A stretch of DNA of 64,000 nucleotides from Pseudogymnoascus verrucosus (GCA_001662655.1 KV460238.1); one strand, 5' to 3'; shown: positions 22,975-37,224, counted from the first letter of the stretch. The notes: a model not told the origin generated them from the letters alone. A program made the numbers and translations.

Positions 22975-25588
22975 ATGTTCAACAGAGACAACCTCTTTGG
23001 CAAACCTCCGAACGCTGGGAGAGAACGACAGCCAAGTGGACCCCCGGGTCAGAGAAATAGCCCTCACGACACACAGATGGGCGGTTACGAGGACCCACGA
23101 GGAAACTACGGAGGTGGCGGCCAGCGCGGACCGCCACCACCAGGGCCAGGATACCCTTCCCCTCAACAAAACCGAGGGATGCCCCAGAGGACTGCAGTTG
23201 GACGAAATGCTGGCATCTCGAAGCAGCTGCAGCTCGGAAAGGTCGAGGATAAGACTACGCAGGATAGATATGTATATGGCAACATGTAAGAATCTCCGTA
23301 TGACAATGACGAAGCTCTCGTGCTGACCGGGTTTAGAACGGCGGTGTCGCCCCAGGATTTCCCTCCTAGCCAGGATGGAGGCGATTTATATATTCTCGTT
23401 AACCGCACTCATGTTGTTACCGCGAGGCCTACGGCTGGTTTCCCCCCTGGGTTAATCGGATTAACTGGGCCACAACGATCATGGTGCGGGATCAGTCTCA
23501 CGGAGACTGTTTTGGCCGAGCTCTACGATCCGTTTGGAGAGCAAGGAGGACAAAGTTACCTGGCTGCGATGGATGTCGAGATTGGGTTTGCGGCGAGAAA
23601 GACCACGGAAACTCCATACGATCAAGATATGTTGGAAGCTTACTTCAACAAGCTATTTGGGAACCAAGTCTTCGCCCCCGGACAACAGCTGGTGATGGAC
23701 CACAAGGGAATTGTGCTGAGTCTTAAAGTCAAGACGGTGCAGCTCGGTAACCTTGGCATGGAGAAGCCCACAGCGTCCTCGGGACAGGTGGTTTCGAACC
23801 CTCAAGCACGCGGTATTCTGACTACACAGACCAACATCACTTTTTACAAGGATGCAAGCTCGCCGATCAAGATAAAGGCTTCGGCAAAGAAGCCACCGGC
23901 GAACTCTATCATTGCGCCAGACTTCAAGTTTGAGGATATGGGAATTGGTGGATTGGACGCTGAGTTCGGCGCCATTTTCAGGAGAGCGTTCGCCTCGCGC
24001 ATTTTCCCCCAGGGTCTGATCGAGAAGTTGGGCATTCAGCACGTGAAGGGCATTCTTCTGTTTGGGCCCCCCGGAACCGGAAAGACCCTGATCGCTCGTC
24101 AAATTGGAAAGATGTTCAACTCCAGGGAGCCGAAGGTCATTAATGGTCCTGAGGTCTTGAATAAATTTGTCGGTCAATCAGAAGAGAATATCCGAAACCT
24201 CTTCGCTGATGCCGAGAAAGAATACAAGGAGAGGGGTGATGAGAGTGAGCTTCACATTATCATTTTCGACGAACTTGATGCTGTATGCAAGCAGAGAGGC
24301 TCTGGTGGCGGTGGCGGCACTGGTGTTGGCGACAGTGTTGTCAACCAGCTGCTTGCCAAACTTGATGGTGTGGACCAGCTCAATAATATTATCCTGATTG
24401 GTATGACCAACCGAATGGATATGATTGATGACGCCCTGCTTCGTCCTGGACGTCTGGAAGTTCACATGGAGATTTCCCTACCCGATGAATCCGGCAGACA
24501 GGATATTCTCAACATCCACACGATGAAGATGCGCGATAACCATGTCATGGACAACGATGTCAATCTGGCCGAGCTTGCCGCCCTCACCAAGAACTTTTCG
24601 GGTGCGGAAATCAGTGGACTTGTCAAGTCAGCCTCCTCATTCGCCTTCAACCGTCACGTCAAGGTCGGCACTGTCGCCGGCGTTAGCGATGATATCGAAA
24701 ACATGAAGGTCAACCGCAACGATTTCTTAAGCGCGCTAGGCGAAGTAAAGCCAGCCTTTGGTGTCTCTGAGGAAGAACTCAGCACAGCTGTTCGCGGAGG
24801 TATCCTGCGTTACAGCCCACACATCGACTACATTCTCCAAGACGGCGAGCTCTTCGTCAACCAGGTCCGCAACTCCGCTTCGGAACCACTCCTCTCGGTC
24901 CTCCTACACGGCCCATCGGGATCTGGCAAGACCGCTCTGGCAGCGAAGATCGCCATGGAATCCGAATTCCCCTTCATTAAGCTCATCTCCCCTGAAAACA
25001 TGATCGGCTTCAACGAAATGGCCAAGATCCAGTACCTCAACAAGGTCTTCTCCGACGCCTACAAGTCGCCCCAGAACATCGTCATCATCGATAACATTGA
25101 GCGTATCGTCGACTGGGTGCCTATCGGCCCACGATTCTCCAACCTCGTCCTGCAGACTCTGATGGTCTTGCTAACGAAGCAGCCACCCAAGGTAGGCCTA
25201 GCTTCAATCTCCGCCAGTAACTATGAAACATCTGCTAACACATCACCAGGGCCGCCGTCTTCTAATCATTGGCACCACAACCCAGCGCTCCATCCTCCAC
25301 CAACTCGACCTCGCCGCGAGCTTCGATCGCGAGATGGCCGTACCGAACGTGAACACGATCGAGGAGCTCGAGAGAATCTGCCAAGAGACAGTCGCCTTCG
25401 ACTCGCCAATCGAGCTGCAGCAGAGTCTGAGTGTGCTGCGCGATACTTGCGGTTCCGGCTCAGTCGGCGTGGGTATCAAGCGTGTGTTGCTTGGTATTGA
25501 GACTGCGAGACAGACGACGGGTATGGAGAGGGTGAATAGGTTTGCGGAGGTCATCTCGAGTATGAGGGCCAGTGGGGTGATGGAATAA
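22975..25588 (+). CDS. SEC18: Vesicle-fusing AAA ATPase NSF/Sec18
   Basis: Introns 23286-23336 and 25192-25250. 'MGIGGLDAEFGAIFRRAFASR', Walker A GPPGTGKT, Walker B IIIFDELD, second Walker A GPSGSGKT. Confidence 0.96.
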
Positions 25589-26083
25589 TTATGGGGGGTA
25601 ATAACAGAAATGGTATTGATGAAATGGGTTCAGCTAGCGCATGGACGTTGGGAGACCAAGGACGGGGAGATGGAAAGTGCTGTAGATAAAAATAAATTAT
25701 CAGGATAGACTCCAGACGCTAAAATTTACCGCCTTTCATTCAAACTTCAGTGTACAACGTAAACTTTGAGATGCATTTCATACAGGTAGGATGTAAAAGA
25801 TAACGAGCTTGATCAAACATATTCGCTAGGGTATTGTGCTTGCTCGCAGTCATTAAGATATATTCCAGATCATAAACATGCTTCCCTCCACTCCAAGTAC
25901 ATCCAGTCATATATCCAATGATGGTGACCGTACTTAGACCTTTTGATTAACGACCCCTATGCACCTTCCTCTTCCAAGTTGCCAACAGGATCCCAGACAC
26001 CCAAACCATTTCATTTACACGTTAGGCTTAAAATTCAATCCACAAACAATTCCAAAATCCTTCAGTTCCGCTCACACAACCGC

Positions 26084-29000
26084 TCAAACCAACCTCTCTG
26101 CACGGCTTCTGATCTCCGTTGGGCTCAGCCCTGCAATCCACAGACACCTATCTGTCAGCCCCGGCACAGTCTGGAACTTGTACCCTGTGCTGCTTTCTAG
26201 GTACCTGCTGAATAGCTGTACAACTGTTGCCTGGGCACGGCACTTGCTGACGTTGATGAGGGGTGGGTCAGTCGGGGTGCTAGCAATATAGCTTGGCATA
26301 TCCTTTAGCACGGTCAAGTCCTTTGCGTAGATCACAACCAACGGGAGGCATGCGCGCTTGCCGAGAACAGACTCCATCTCATCACGCAGGCGGCGGAAGT
26401 TGTTTGCTGGTTGGATCAACTCCTCGAACTCACGGAGAGATTGAACCTCAGCTGCTGGTACATGCTTCCAAGTTTCGTGGAGTTCCGCAATTACAGGGTT
26501 GCTGACAGCGACAGTAAGCTGGAAGAGCGTAGCATAGTTGCCCAGCTGGCGACAGTGCACAGCGATCTCAATGAGCTTTGCAATTGTCCTGGCCCGTTCG
26601 TTGATATCCTGAGTAAGGATGATTTGAGAGATTGCCCACTGCGTCATGATACTGCTTCGTGCTCCACAAATTTCAATGCCATGGCTGACTGTATCGTCTT
26701 CTTCCATCTGTTGGAGGATCTGGAGAAATTTAGGCCATGACTGACATGCCGATGCCGCTTCGTGAGACCACTTCATCTCGAGGAGCTCTCTAAAATGGAT
26801 TTCACCTAATGCTTCTTTCTCGATGAGGGTAAATTGCTCAGCCACAATCTTTGGGTCAAAATGGAGTATAAATGGCATGTGCTCTTCACTGTACAATGGC
26901 CCAGTAGATATAGCCCCGTTAATATTTTGCCTCTGTTGTGTCTCCAAATGATCATCGCTGTACCATGATCTCATAGCAATATCTTTGCCGCCTTCCCCAT
27001 ATGTTGGTGTAATATCTGGACTTGGAGGGAATAGGCCTTGGTATTGACCTCCAGTGGGAGACATCAATAATGCTTGCTCCATCGTCATCGAGGGCTCTTT
27101 CGTCTGTTTAGAAATCGGAGGAATTTCTACTTCTGTAATGATTGCGCCAGGATGAATAGGCGGGTGTGTGTTACTGGAAGGATTCCCAAGGAAGTCATTA
27201 GTTGGGACTTCTTCTAATGACATTTCAGACGACAGATCGCTATGATTGTCGTCGTAATCATCGTAATTGTTGGCATCGTTATCATCGCCAATCTGAAGAA
27301 ACGATTCGTTTACACTCATTTGGCGTGGGAGAGTGCCTCCAGCAGGTATTTGATTTGAACTCTCCGTCTTATTCACGAAGTCAACTAGCGTCTCGGACTT
27401 TTCAGCGCCATGGTGGTCGACCGTCTCTCTATCGTGGCTGGGACCAAGGAGTACAGATGTATTCCTCCAGTTTCGGCTTTCGTCGTCATCGGAGCCATAT
27501 CGAGATCCGTCGCGCTGCAAAAGAGGTATTGAATTTTGTGACTCCCGAGAAATATCAGGGACTTCTCGTACAGGAGGTCGATAAACAGTGGGCTGGAGCT
27601 CATATTGTGAATTAAAGCAGCTTCGTTGTCCGGGCTGATCAACCTCAGACGCTCCATCGTTGTCAAATATTGCCTCCTCAACAACATGATTGTGCTTGTG
27701 CTGATGTTTCTCTGCTTCGATAATTAACTCCCCAGTGGTTTGATCATCGTTGTCGTAAGTTTCTTGTCGTGGTGGTGGAATAAATTCTGGAGACAAGCTT
27801 TGGGACGAGATATCGGACTTCCTCTTCTCATACCTTCCCTCAAGTTTAAGTAGAGCAGCTTCTACTCCGCCATCATCGTCGGTATCATCAGGGATTTGAG
27901 CCAATTTTGCAGCCTCGGCTTGAAATGAGGGCCGCAGGGCTGGCTTGGACGAGGTGCTTAACAGAGAAATTCTGGGCTTTGATGTGCCCTCAGGGTCCGC
28001 CAGAGCTCCGACGGAGAATATCCGGGGGTTGCTCTGGGCCCTATCATTCTCGCCCCTCACGTCAGCATAGCTTGTAGAACCACCGCCCAGAAGATATGAG
28101 CTTCTTATGGAATCCGAATAAGTGGTAAGAGATCCTGATGAACGATGACGCCTTAGTGGCAGTTCGCCAATGTTTTGAACGGCGCGGAGGTCACCCCCAG
28201 GTCGTCGCCGGAGGACGCGATTGCCAGGTGCATGTGTTGATCCAACCGAGGCTCGATCTACAGAGTCGGAAATCGAGGTAGCATCAAAACTTCGTTCAGT
28301 CATCTGATTCGTATAGCCACTGTGGAAGGAGGCTATCCGTCTTAATGATGTTGATCTGCGATGCTTATGTCGTTTGGCACGGGAGTGCATTGACGGATTA
28401 TTCAATGGTCTGAAGAATGGACGTGTGTCAAAATCACTCGAAGGGCTGAGCATGTCGAGGGTCAGTGATGGTACTTGTGCAGTGGGCGAGGGGCGACCAT
28501 AATTTCCCAGGATGTGCGACGAGCGTCTAGGAGATCCCAAAAATATCTCAGGCGGCGTGACTGGCGGAGTCGGGGCAACTGATCGATTATTGAAGGAGTC
28601 TGTGAACGCATCTGTAGATGGATGGCTAGGGAGTGCACCGGACATCATGGCTATATCGCGATCCACGTAACCGTCGTTACCATCATCCAGGAGAAAACTC
28701 GTGTTGTTTTGAGTCTGCTCGGCATCCTCATTATCAGGAAGGAGAAAGCTGGTATTCTCTCGAGGCTGGGGCGAGTCGAGGTGGCCTGGCACAAGCCCTG
28801 ATAAAGAAGTCGAACATGCGGTAATGGTTGCCTTGTCCAAGGATCGCCTTAAAAAGTCACTCCCGGCAGTAACATTAATCCTCCGCACCCAAGGCTCTGG
28901 ACTTTCGTTCGCTTTTGCTGCATTAATTTTATGTTGCTCGATAGCCTTTCCAAAATCCGATTCAACGAACTTGCTAAGTATATCAGGTCTCATAGTAACT

Positions 29001-31685
29001 GGCTTCGGTGGGGGTTGCAAAGGTGATTGCTCGGTGGCCATTCCACCTAGGCCGAGACTGGCCAGCTCAATATCATCAACTGGTAGTGATAAGCCCGGGA
29101 ATCCAAGCGTTAGCGGTGACGTTGGAATTGGTTCAGGCTTGTTATCGGCCCTGGTACTGACTGCGCGCCGGACAGTGCCAAACATTCTCTTCATCCCGAG
29201 GCCTTGTTGGTTGGTATCTTGCTTTTGGGCCCCTGTCTTCTTGTTTGGAAGAGAAATCGGTCGGTTCTCGGAATGCTCAGCAGTCGGCAGATAAACGTGC
29301 CCAGGAGGGAATACGAGGCCTCTAACAAGGCTACCAGCGAATCGATCAACCAATGTCAAGCCTGCCTCGCCATTTGCAGCTTCTTCGGCGTCGGCCTCCA
29401 GGTTCCTATCAGGCCGAGAAGAGTTTGAAACACTGCGGTGGCGCTGGAAACCTTGCCCTGGACGATACGACTTTGGCCTGAGTGCCTTTGGTGTGTGTGC
29501 AACTGGGAGGGTACTGTCACTTTGAGATGCTGCTGTTACTGGGTGGGCTCCCATGGCGGCTCCAGCAGAAAATTGCCCAGTCTTTGACGATAGGGGCGGG
29601 ATAGAGCATGACAAAGCTTCCACGCTGGTAATGCTGCGTGGGGAAAGTGGCTCAGGATACGGCAACTGAGTCCTGTTGCCACGTGGTAAAGACGCCTGTT
29701 GAAGTTGAGCTTTGTTGAACTCAATAGGAAATTCGGGGGGGGCGGTTGCAAAGAACCTATTGGCAGAAGGTGCGGCCGGGAAATCGTGTAGTAGATCAAG
29801 ATCAACCATTGGGGATTTTGATAGCGTAGGATCTTCGAAATCCTGGCCTGGTGTCTGTGACAGTAGGAGGTCGTCCCAAAATTTCGGAGTAAGTTGTGGA
29901 TTTCTAGACCCAGCAATGCCACCTGGAGCGATAGGAACCAGGGCATCCAGGTCGCATGCAAATTCTGGGCCATCCCAGTACACAGCACAAGAATCCCTCC
30001 ACAGCCTCTTAATATTTGATAGGATATCGTTTGTCGTCTTGCTGTCGGTTCTAAGCAACGCTTGCTTCTTAACCATTGTATTCACCAAGCCGCAGAATTG
30101 AACACGTAAATCATAGTCAAGTACGAAATCGTCGGCGAAAAAGTTCACCAGCCAATGCCGAATAACTGTGAAGCATCTGACAGTGACGACAAGGCCATCA
30201 AAGGCTCTATCAATGCCCCACTCTAACCTTGCCATTACCAGTAAAAGAAGGTCGGACCCGGAGATGTACGAACGGTACGTTATAAAAAAGCTTGCAACCA
30301 GCTCGTAGGAAAGCTCTTGCGTCACCTCGGCCACAAGACGCGCAGGGGTCGCAGCAGTGATCATATCAGTTTCGGACATTCGTCTGATGACTGAACGGTC
30401 TTCACATCGCGGGGGATAAGTCAATGCATCATACATCTCTGGAACGATTTGACCTTTGGGCATTATGTTTGGAGAGGTGCGTAGCAGTCCAGTCGGAGGC
30501 AGTCGAAGCTCATAAGTTGACTCCACGTCGCCTGGGTGGGACACAACCGATTGCCTCATTGAATGAGAACTTCGCGGAAGGTTAGAGCGTCGCATCCGTG
30601 CCAACATATCAGTATCTCGTTGAGACATGAAGCTAGACCGATGCTCAACTTCGGTCCCAGCATATGATGATCCTCGCATAAATGGCGTTCCTCTATTACT
30701 GAAACGTGGAGTGCCAAGTTTATATGATGGGATTGGAACCTCAAGAGTGGGCGTGCGGTGGTGGCCCCCGGATGTCTTTGGCCTTCTTCCATCGGCGCTT
30801 GGTCGCTCAATAACAACCTTAAATGCCCCTAAATCAGAGTCTTGGATGGCAGATCGTTGATCGTCTACTGTAGAGTAAGAGTGTGTTCTTCGGTGCCGAT
30901 TTGTGGATGACTGCGCTGGTGTCGAATTGGTGTCATATAACCCCGGATTGGCGGGCGTCGACATTGATGAATCGGCGCTCAACATCGTGTCTCTATACGA
31001 CCCTCTTCTCTCTTTCCTCGCGTGCGCTTCATCCAATCCCGCAGTATTTGGAGAAGAGTTTGGAAATGCAAATGGAGGCTGTGGATATCGCTGGTGAGCA
31101 GGCCGTATCCGGGGTCTGGTAGTGGTTAGCTTGGACCCTGACCCAGTGGAGGCCCCCGCGTATGTCAACAACCAGGAAACGTGCACTCGTCGAGCAGGAA
31201 AAACGTGCAATCGACGGGCAGAAAAAGCTATGGGAATTCGGGGAAAGGCAGGTTACGGTCCAGACAGCTGCGTACCTTAGGTATATCCTCCCATTATTTC
31301 CAACCTTGGAGATCGTAAACTGTTTCCCTCCGATCACAGCGTTGGCATTCTCCGCGCTGACATCCCTCTTCACCTCTCCAAATGATCCATTCGAGCGAAT
31401 AGGCGAATTCTGCGTCTCAAACGCGTCGTCGTTGTGTCGGTTTATCTTGCTGCTCTCTTTGGCCATATCTCCCGTTCCCGGCATCGTCACATCCGATCTC
31501 GCAAACGGCTGGGCAGGGAAGCTTGTTACATTCTTCACATCTTCAGCCGACGTCGTAGCTCGTAATGCCTTCGTCGGCGAACCTCTGAGGGCCAGTCGAT
31601 CAAGCTGTCGCTGTCGTAGTCCTTCCGCCATCATCGTGCCGGGCGCCGACTGGGCTATGGGGAAAGGAGCAGGGGCCTCCCCCAT
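26084..31685 (-). CDS. LTE1: Ras guanine-nucleotide exchange factor, Lte1-like (REM + CDC25 domains)
   Basis: Exon 'FTISKVGNNGRIYLR' splices (~31274-31117) to 'PRIRPAHQRYP'. REM-like 'ATPARLVAEVT..FFITYRSY'; CDC25-like 'IVAEQFTLIEK', 'GNYATLFQ', 'NNFRRLR'. Start codon uncertain. Confidence 0.78.
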
Positions 31686-32931
31686 GGCCGCGAACCTTGC
31701 AGGCTCTGCGTCAACTGTGGTGATCCTCGTCCGAGTCTATGATGCATTTGGCATTGTCGGCAGGCTATAACAACGACATTTCAAAGAATGCGAGTTCCAA
31801 AAACCTCGCAGTACAATAAATCATACGGACGCGAGAGCTTGGAGGGAGAGGAATCATCGAGGGAGGCAGGAAAGTGCATGGGTTACCGAGAGGTCCTAGC
31901 GCGGATGGCTGGTCATGTTGGTTGCTTTGACCCCTTGGCATCATCTCAATCCCGCAGCTACTCATGCGCAACTTTAATATGCCGGCGCGTCAGATTGGAC
32001 CATTTGGGCATGATTTTGTAGAATTTTGATGTTGCATATTGAAGTTCCATATTGTGAATTCAGGCTCTCAGGTTCTCAAAAATAAATCATGGTTATCAAC
32101 AGACAGAGAAGAGAGGGAGAGGCTCTTCAAATCTGATTTTCGTGATCAGTCACTGTCATGCAAACGTGAGATTTCAAGAATCCTTTTCATTTTCTATCTG
32201 CCCCGGAATTTATCATCGTGGGCGCTGCCATGGTATTTTAAAACGAGAAAAAAAACAAGAAGACTCCAACAGACCAATTCCAACAACAGACGCCAAACCA
32301 GAAAACTCCGTCGCAATGCCACCCCTGTATGCTTCCCAAGCTCCCACAAACCAGAACAGTCCCATGTACAAACCAGTATCCCACCGTAAACTCCCAGCTC
32401 CCCGTCGCCCTGCCTAATCCCACAAGCCCCGGCGCCTCAGCGCGAAATCCAACATCTCCAGAATCCTCCGCGACCAGAAAAAAAACCAGACCCCGACCAG
32501 AAGACAAACCAGCTCCAGAATCCTCCACCACCAGACAAGAAAACAAACCAGAAACCCAACCAGGAAACAAACCAGAATCCCAGCGCACAACGCGCAAGAA
32601 CAAGCTCCGAACCGCACCAAACCACCCGCATATTCCCAATCCCATCTGCTGGTGCCACCGAAAACCAAAGAACCGAATGAACCCATACCGGAATGCCGGC
32701 GGACGCCCAGTCAGGAGCCATCGGGTCAGAGCATCACTTTCTGACCCTCCGGACAACCCAAAAGAGCCCATACCGGCAGACACGGCGGACGTCCAATCAG
32801 AACCCGGAAGACGGCGGCGGAGGAAACCAGCAACAAACAACAACGCTGTGAGCCTGGCAATAACGCCTAGGTCTCACCACCACCAATCCAAACCGAACGA
32901 CGGAGCGGGCCAGGCCACGGGCGACCGAAAA

Positions 32932-35783
32932 TCAGGAGGACACCCCGACTGGACCCATATCGGATCCAGCCGACGAACATCCAGCCAGGATGCCCCCCAT
33001 CATCTCGTCGAAGTCGCGGTCGGGGATGTTGTCGACCATGGCCATCACGTCGTCGGAAATGGCGAAATTGGCGGGGGCGAAGTTGTCGTGGCTCTCGGGA
33101 GCCGATGGGAGAGGGATGCCGATTAGAGCCTCGAATTCGTCGCGAGGAATCGCGTCGACGATCGAGGTGATGTCGAAGTCAGTGACGCCGACGTCGGGCG
33201 AAGCAAACAGTGCTTGTAGCTCGTGACTCGGGATTGAGTCAACGAGCGCACCAACGTCGACGCCGACGTCACTGACAACGGCATTGGCAGCGGGGGTTGG
33301 TGGGGTTGGTGACTCTCCTTCGTCGGAGTAGTCGTCGGAGTCTGAGAAGTAGTTGACGCCGTATACGAGCCCCACCATCCCTTCTGGGAGGTGGGTTCTC
33401 GGGTTGATCTCCAGGCCGGCCCACTCGGGGGGGTTGACTCTGGGCTTCTTTCCTCCACGTCTGGCCGGAGGAGCACTGGCAGGCTCGTTGGCGACCATCG
33501 GAGCTGGAGCGGGCTCATCGGCGGTCTTGGGCGCGGGCGCAGGAGCAGCGGGGGAGGGCCTCTCGGGCTTGTCGGTGCCCATCTTGGGCACTGGGCGGGG
33601 CGTGGCAGCAGCAGCCTCTTCGTCGGCCTCTTCGCTGATGGTTGGGACTCGTGGGGGCGATGCGTATCGTTGGGCCCTGGCGACAGGAGATCCTCTCATG
33701 GGGGATCTTCCGACCCTCTCTTGTGAGAGGAACCTAGCAGGCTCACTGGCGGCCATGAAGGCTTCTGCGCGCTTCTTTTCGGCAATGGCCCTCAGGGCAC
33801 GTTTTTCGCGCTTCAGTTGCTCAAGACGAATTCTGTCGTTAACGGCCTTCCCGGCAGCCACAAGCTGAGATTCTCTCAGGCGCCTTTGGTTCTCTTGTTT
33901 GGCATGAGCCCGAAGGCCCATCTGGTAATCATCTTCATCAATCCCTCGGTCGCGGCGATCTGCGAGTTGTGCTTCGTGAATGAGGTCTCGCTGCTTGATT
34001 TTCCAGCTTTTCTTGTGCAGCTGCCACTCCTTTGGCAACATGTCGAATGGCAATCCTTGCAATGAAACGGGAAGGTGTCCGTCGGCTGGGCCACTGAAGT
34101 CCGGGGCGGATCTTGCCGTGATCTTTCTGCGGCGTGGGTTGCGTGGAGGAGGCAGTGGTTCGCCGTCACATCGATCGATTGGTTCGCCGGTGTCGCTCTC
34201 AAATTCAAAATCCTCATAAGGATCAGATGGAGATGGCGCGCGGTATGTTCTGCCAGTCGTGCTGGCTAATTGGTCGAACCTGTACTTTCCAAGTACGCCA
34301 ACGAGCTCATCGGGAGTCGGGACTGTGTCCGAGTGTTCGTTAAACCAGCCAAGTGCGGCTTTCACTGCTATGAGGATATTAGCATCACGAATCGGAATCC
34401 GGACAAGTTTCCGGCCAGGCTTGACAACGGGACCAGGGACAACGGGTGCCGCCGAAGGAGAGACAGGAATAACGGGACCCGCTGAATGAGAAACAGGAAT
34501 AATGGGGCCCGCCGAATGAGAAACAGGGACAGCAGGTGCCGCCGAAGGAGAAAAGGGAACAGAAGGGACTGCCGAAGGAGAGAGATTGGAAATAGAATAG
34601 CAGTGATCCGTACGTTTACCCTTGCGCTGTGGTGAAATGTCAGTGAGTGAACTTCAAAAAAGAGCGAAAACAATTGGAAACTCACGTCTTCATTCGAGTC
34701 ATCGGACTCTTCTTCCTCAACCACCAACATACCACTGTTACCTTCGGCCCACCCGACGTAGCGAGTGGAAGCGTCGTATGAGGGCAAGCTGACAGGTCTG
34801 AGCTCCTCAGTGAACCTGTACGCAGCTTTGGCTGCCTCCTCATCGTCGCTCCCACACTCCGAAGGAGCCTTCAGAGGAACAACATTGCGACGGCCGAGCT
34901 TGAGGAGCTTCCTCAAGTCAGCCGCGCGCCGCTGCTCCCGAATCAGGTCTTCTCCAGAGCGCTCGTGGAGGACAGCTGACGCCAATGCGCCGCCATCGGG
35001 CTGGACGGGCCCGCCGGTGCTCTTCACCACCTCCTGCCCCGAAGGGCTTTCGGTGGTGGATAGAGGTGCCTCGTGAGAGGACACCTCAGGGGATGGGCTG
35101 GAAACCCCATCACCCTCAGCAACCGGACGGGGTGACTCCGTCCTGAACCCCAGGTACTTCAAGGCCGAAGCCCCCACACGCAAGACCGAGGCTCGAACCC
35201 CCGAAGGAGTCGTCACGGCCGGCGCGGTCGGTGGAGGCGACAACCTCTTCTCCCGCTCCATCTGCCTCCGTATGGCCTCCCCACCTCGGTCCCCAGCTCG
35301 GAGCTTCTTGGCTGGTCTTGCGACCGACGACCTCGAAGACTCTCCGCCGGTTTCCTCGGCAGGCCCAACAACTTCCTCCAGTGTATCCTCCACCCGGGCG
35401 TGCTTGCCAATACCTCTTCCGAGTCGGGCTCGGCGTGGCTGGCTGGCAGCATCTGCGTCTCGCAGGGGGGATCTGGTGGTGGTGTTGTCGGGGACTTCGG
35501 TCCTCACCAGCGGTGATGAACTCCGCGTCCTCGCGCGAAGGGAACGGGTTTGACCCCGACCACGACGCGGACTGGCGGGAGCATCGGCGCCGCTTTCGGA
35601 GTCTTCGACCTTGTCGAAGTCCATCGGATCGGCAGTCCGGGATGATGCCTTGGGTGCTGCCTTGCCGGCAGCAGTGGTTCGACGGCCGCCACGGGCATGT
35701 CGCCGTGGGGCGTCTTTCAGCTCACGCGGCCCCCCTGGGGAGAAGCCGGTAGCTCGTGTGCGCCGTCTTGGCGCGGGCGTCAT
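32932..35783 (-). CDS. Orphan, low-complexity ~930-aa protein with internal repeats
   Basis: ATG at 35783 (MTPAPRRRTR); intron 34685-34627 joins the two long ORFs in frame. TATATAA at ~36340 and a probable 5'-UTR intron. No family recognised. Confidence 0.65.
34431..34590 (-). repeat. 30-bp coding minisatellite (~5 units, 10-aa repeat like PVSPSAAPVI)
   Basis: aacgggtgccgccgaaggagagacaggaat / aacgggacccgctgaatgagaaacaggaat / aatggggcccgccgaatgagaaacagggac .. Confidence 0.85.
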
Positions 35784-36809
35784 CTTCGACAGAAGGTTCT
35801 CGTGCTGAACAAAAAGAAAAAAAAAAACTGTCGTCACAACTGACGGACAGTGTTGTTGGCCGAGAATGGTATTCCGTGAGAGACGAAGCGATTCAAGAAA
35901 GAAGTTCGGGCGCGGTGAGCTCGGACCAATCGCTGGGATCGCGGATTGGTGGAGAATGTCTTGGCAGCACCGATGCTGAACTGGCAACTGGACAAGGATG
36001 TTAGTATAAGCGCGCGTTAAACCGAGAAGGGAGAAGCCAAAGTGAGAACACAATGAATGAGAAGACGATAGAAAGCTCGAGACTCACAGAGGATCTGATG
36101 GAAGAGGGTGGGTGAATGCGAATTTGATTGAAAGTGAAGATTGCTGTAAACATGTAAGCTTCATGAAATAATAATGATGTCAAAGTAACTCACACTTGAT
36201 ATCGAACAGAAGAACAGAAGTTCGATGGTTGCTGAATTCTTGCAGAGGTTCGGACGAAAAAGCTGCGGAGTTCAGAAAAAAGTCGATCTGGAGGGGAAAG
36301 AAAACAAGCGCTCGCGCGCGGGCGGGCGCGGACCCTGATTATATACCCCCCTTAGTGCGGCTGGGTGATTTGGCGTGCTGATCTGGCAACGGCTATCAAC
36401 TACAACAAGCTATACTACCATTGTCAAGGGCAACAATACTATTTCGCAACGCCGGATTGGCTATTGTCTACGCCGAATCACCATCAACTCGCAGATCACC
36501 CACCGAATCTGGAATAGCGCAACGCATCAGATCAACATCCAGATCACCACGCTAGATTGCCGCCTCTCGGCGAGCGCCGCTGCCGCCTTTGATACTATTA
36601 TCATTTTGCATGGCAACAACCACCGACCGTAATTTATTAAATTATAGAAACTTATAATTAAAAATTGAGACTTGAAAAATATATAATAATTATTACAGAT
36701 TGTATTCCCGTAATTATAATGTAAACCACAGTTTGTTGAGCGATGCAAGCCGTTTTCCGTGCCTGATGCATTATTTCCAGGTGAAGTAGACTAAATATTA
36801 TGACAATAT

Positions 36810-37170
36810 TCCCGTGGCAACAACAATTCGATCAACACTTTCAGAAACTCCAACCCACTTTTCAAAGGTCGGAACCTCAAATTTTATTTTTAAAATGTAA
36901 TTATTCAAACTATTAAAATTAACATAATACCCATGCAAACTGTACGGGTTCCTGATCACTTGCACCATTTACGAACATCTGGAATACCATCCCGTCCAAC
37001 CGACAGTTTCAACAACCCCAGCTCAATTATCACAAGTCAGAACCCCAAAACTTTATTTCAAAATATAGTTCTTCAAGATCATTTAAAATTAACACAATAC
37101 CTGTTCTAATAGTACATCTTCATGACCACCCAAACCGTAATACAAACTTTCAAACACCCCCAATCCCTCC
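36810..37170 (+). repeat. Diverged ~168-bp tandem duplication
   Basis: gaacctcaaattttatttttaaaatgtaattattcaa..aaaattaacataatacc (36872-) vs gaaccccaaaactttatttcaaaatatagttcttcaa..aaaattaacacaatacc (37040-). Confidence 0.65.
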
Positions 37171-37224
37171 CCCCGAACGGCCTTGCATCCAGCCGGCCAC
37201 GCACCCCAGCACCAGACCGCTCAA

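Noticed and set aside
32238..33126. ORFs 32329-33126 (+) and 32238-32843 (-)
   Set aside because: Low-complexity, strand-skewed sequence lacking stops; overlaps the orphan gene end; no protein-like motifs.
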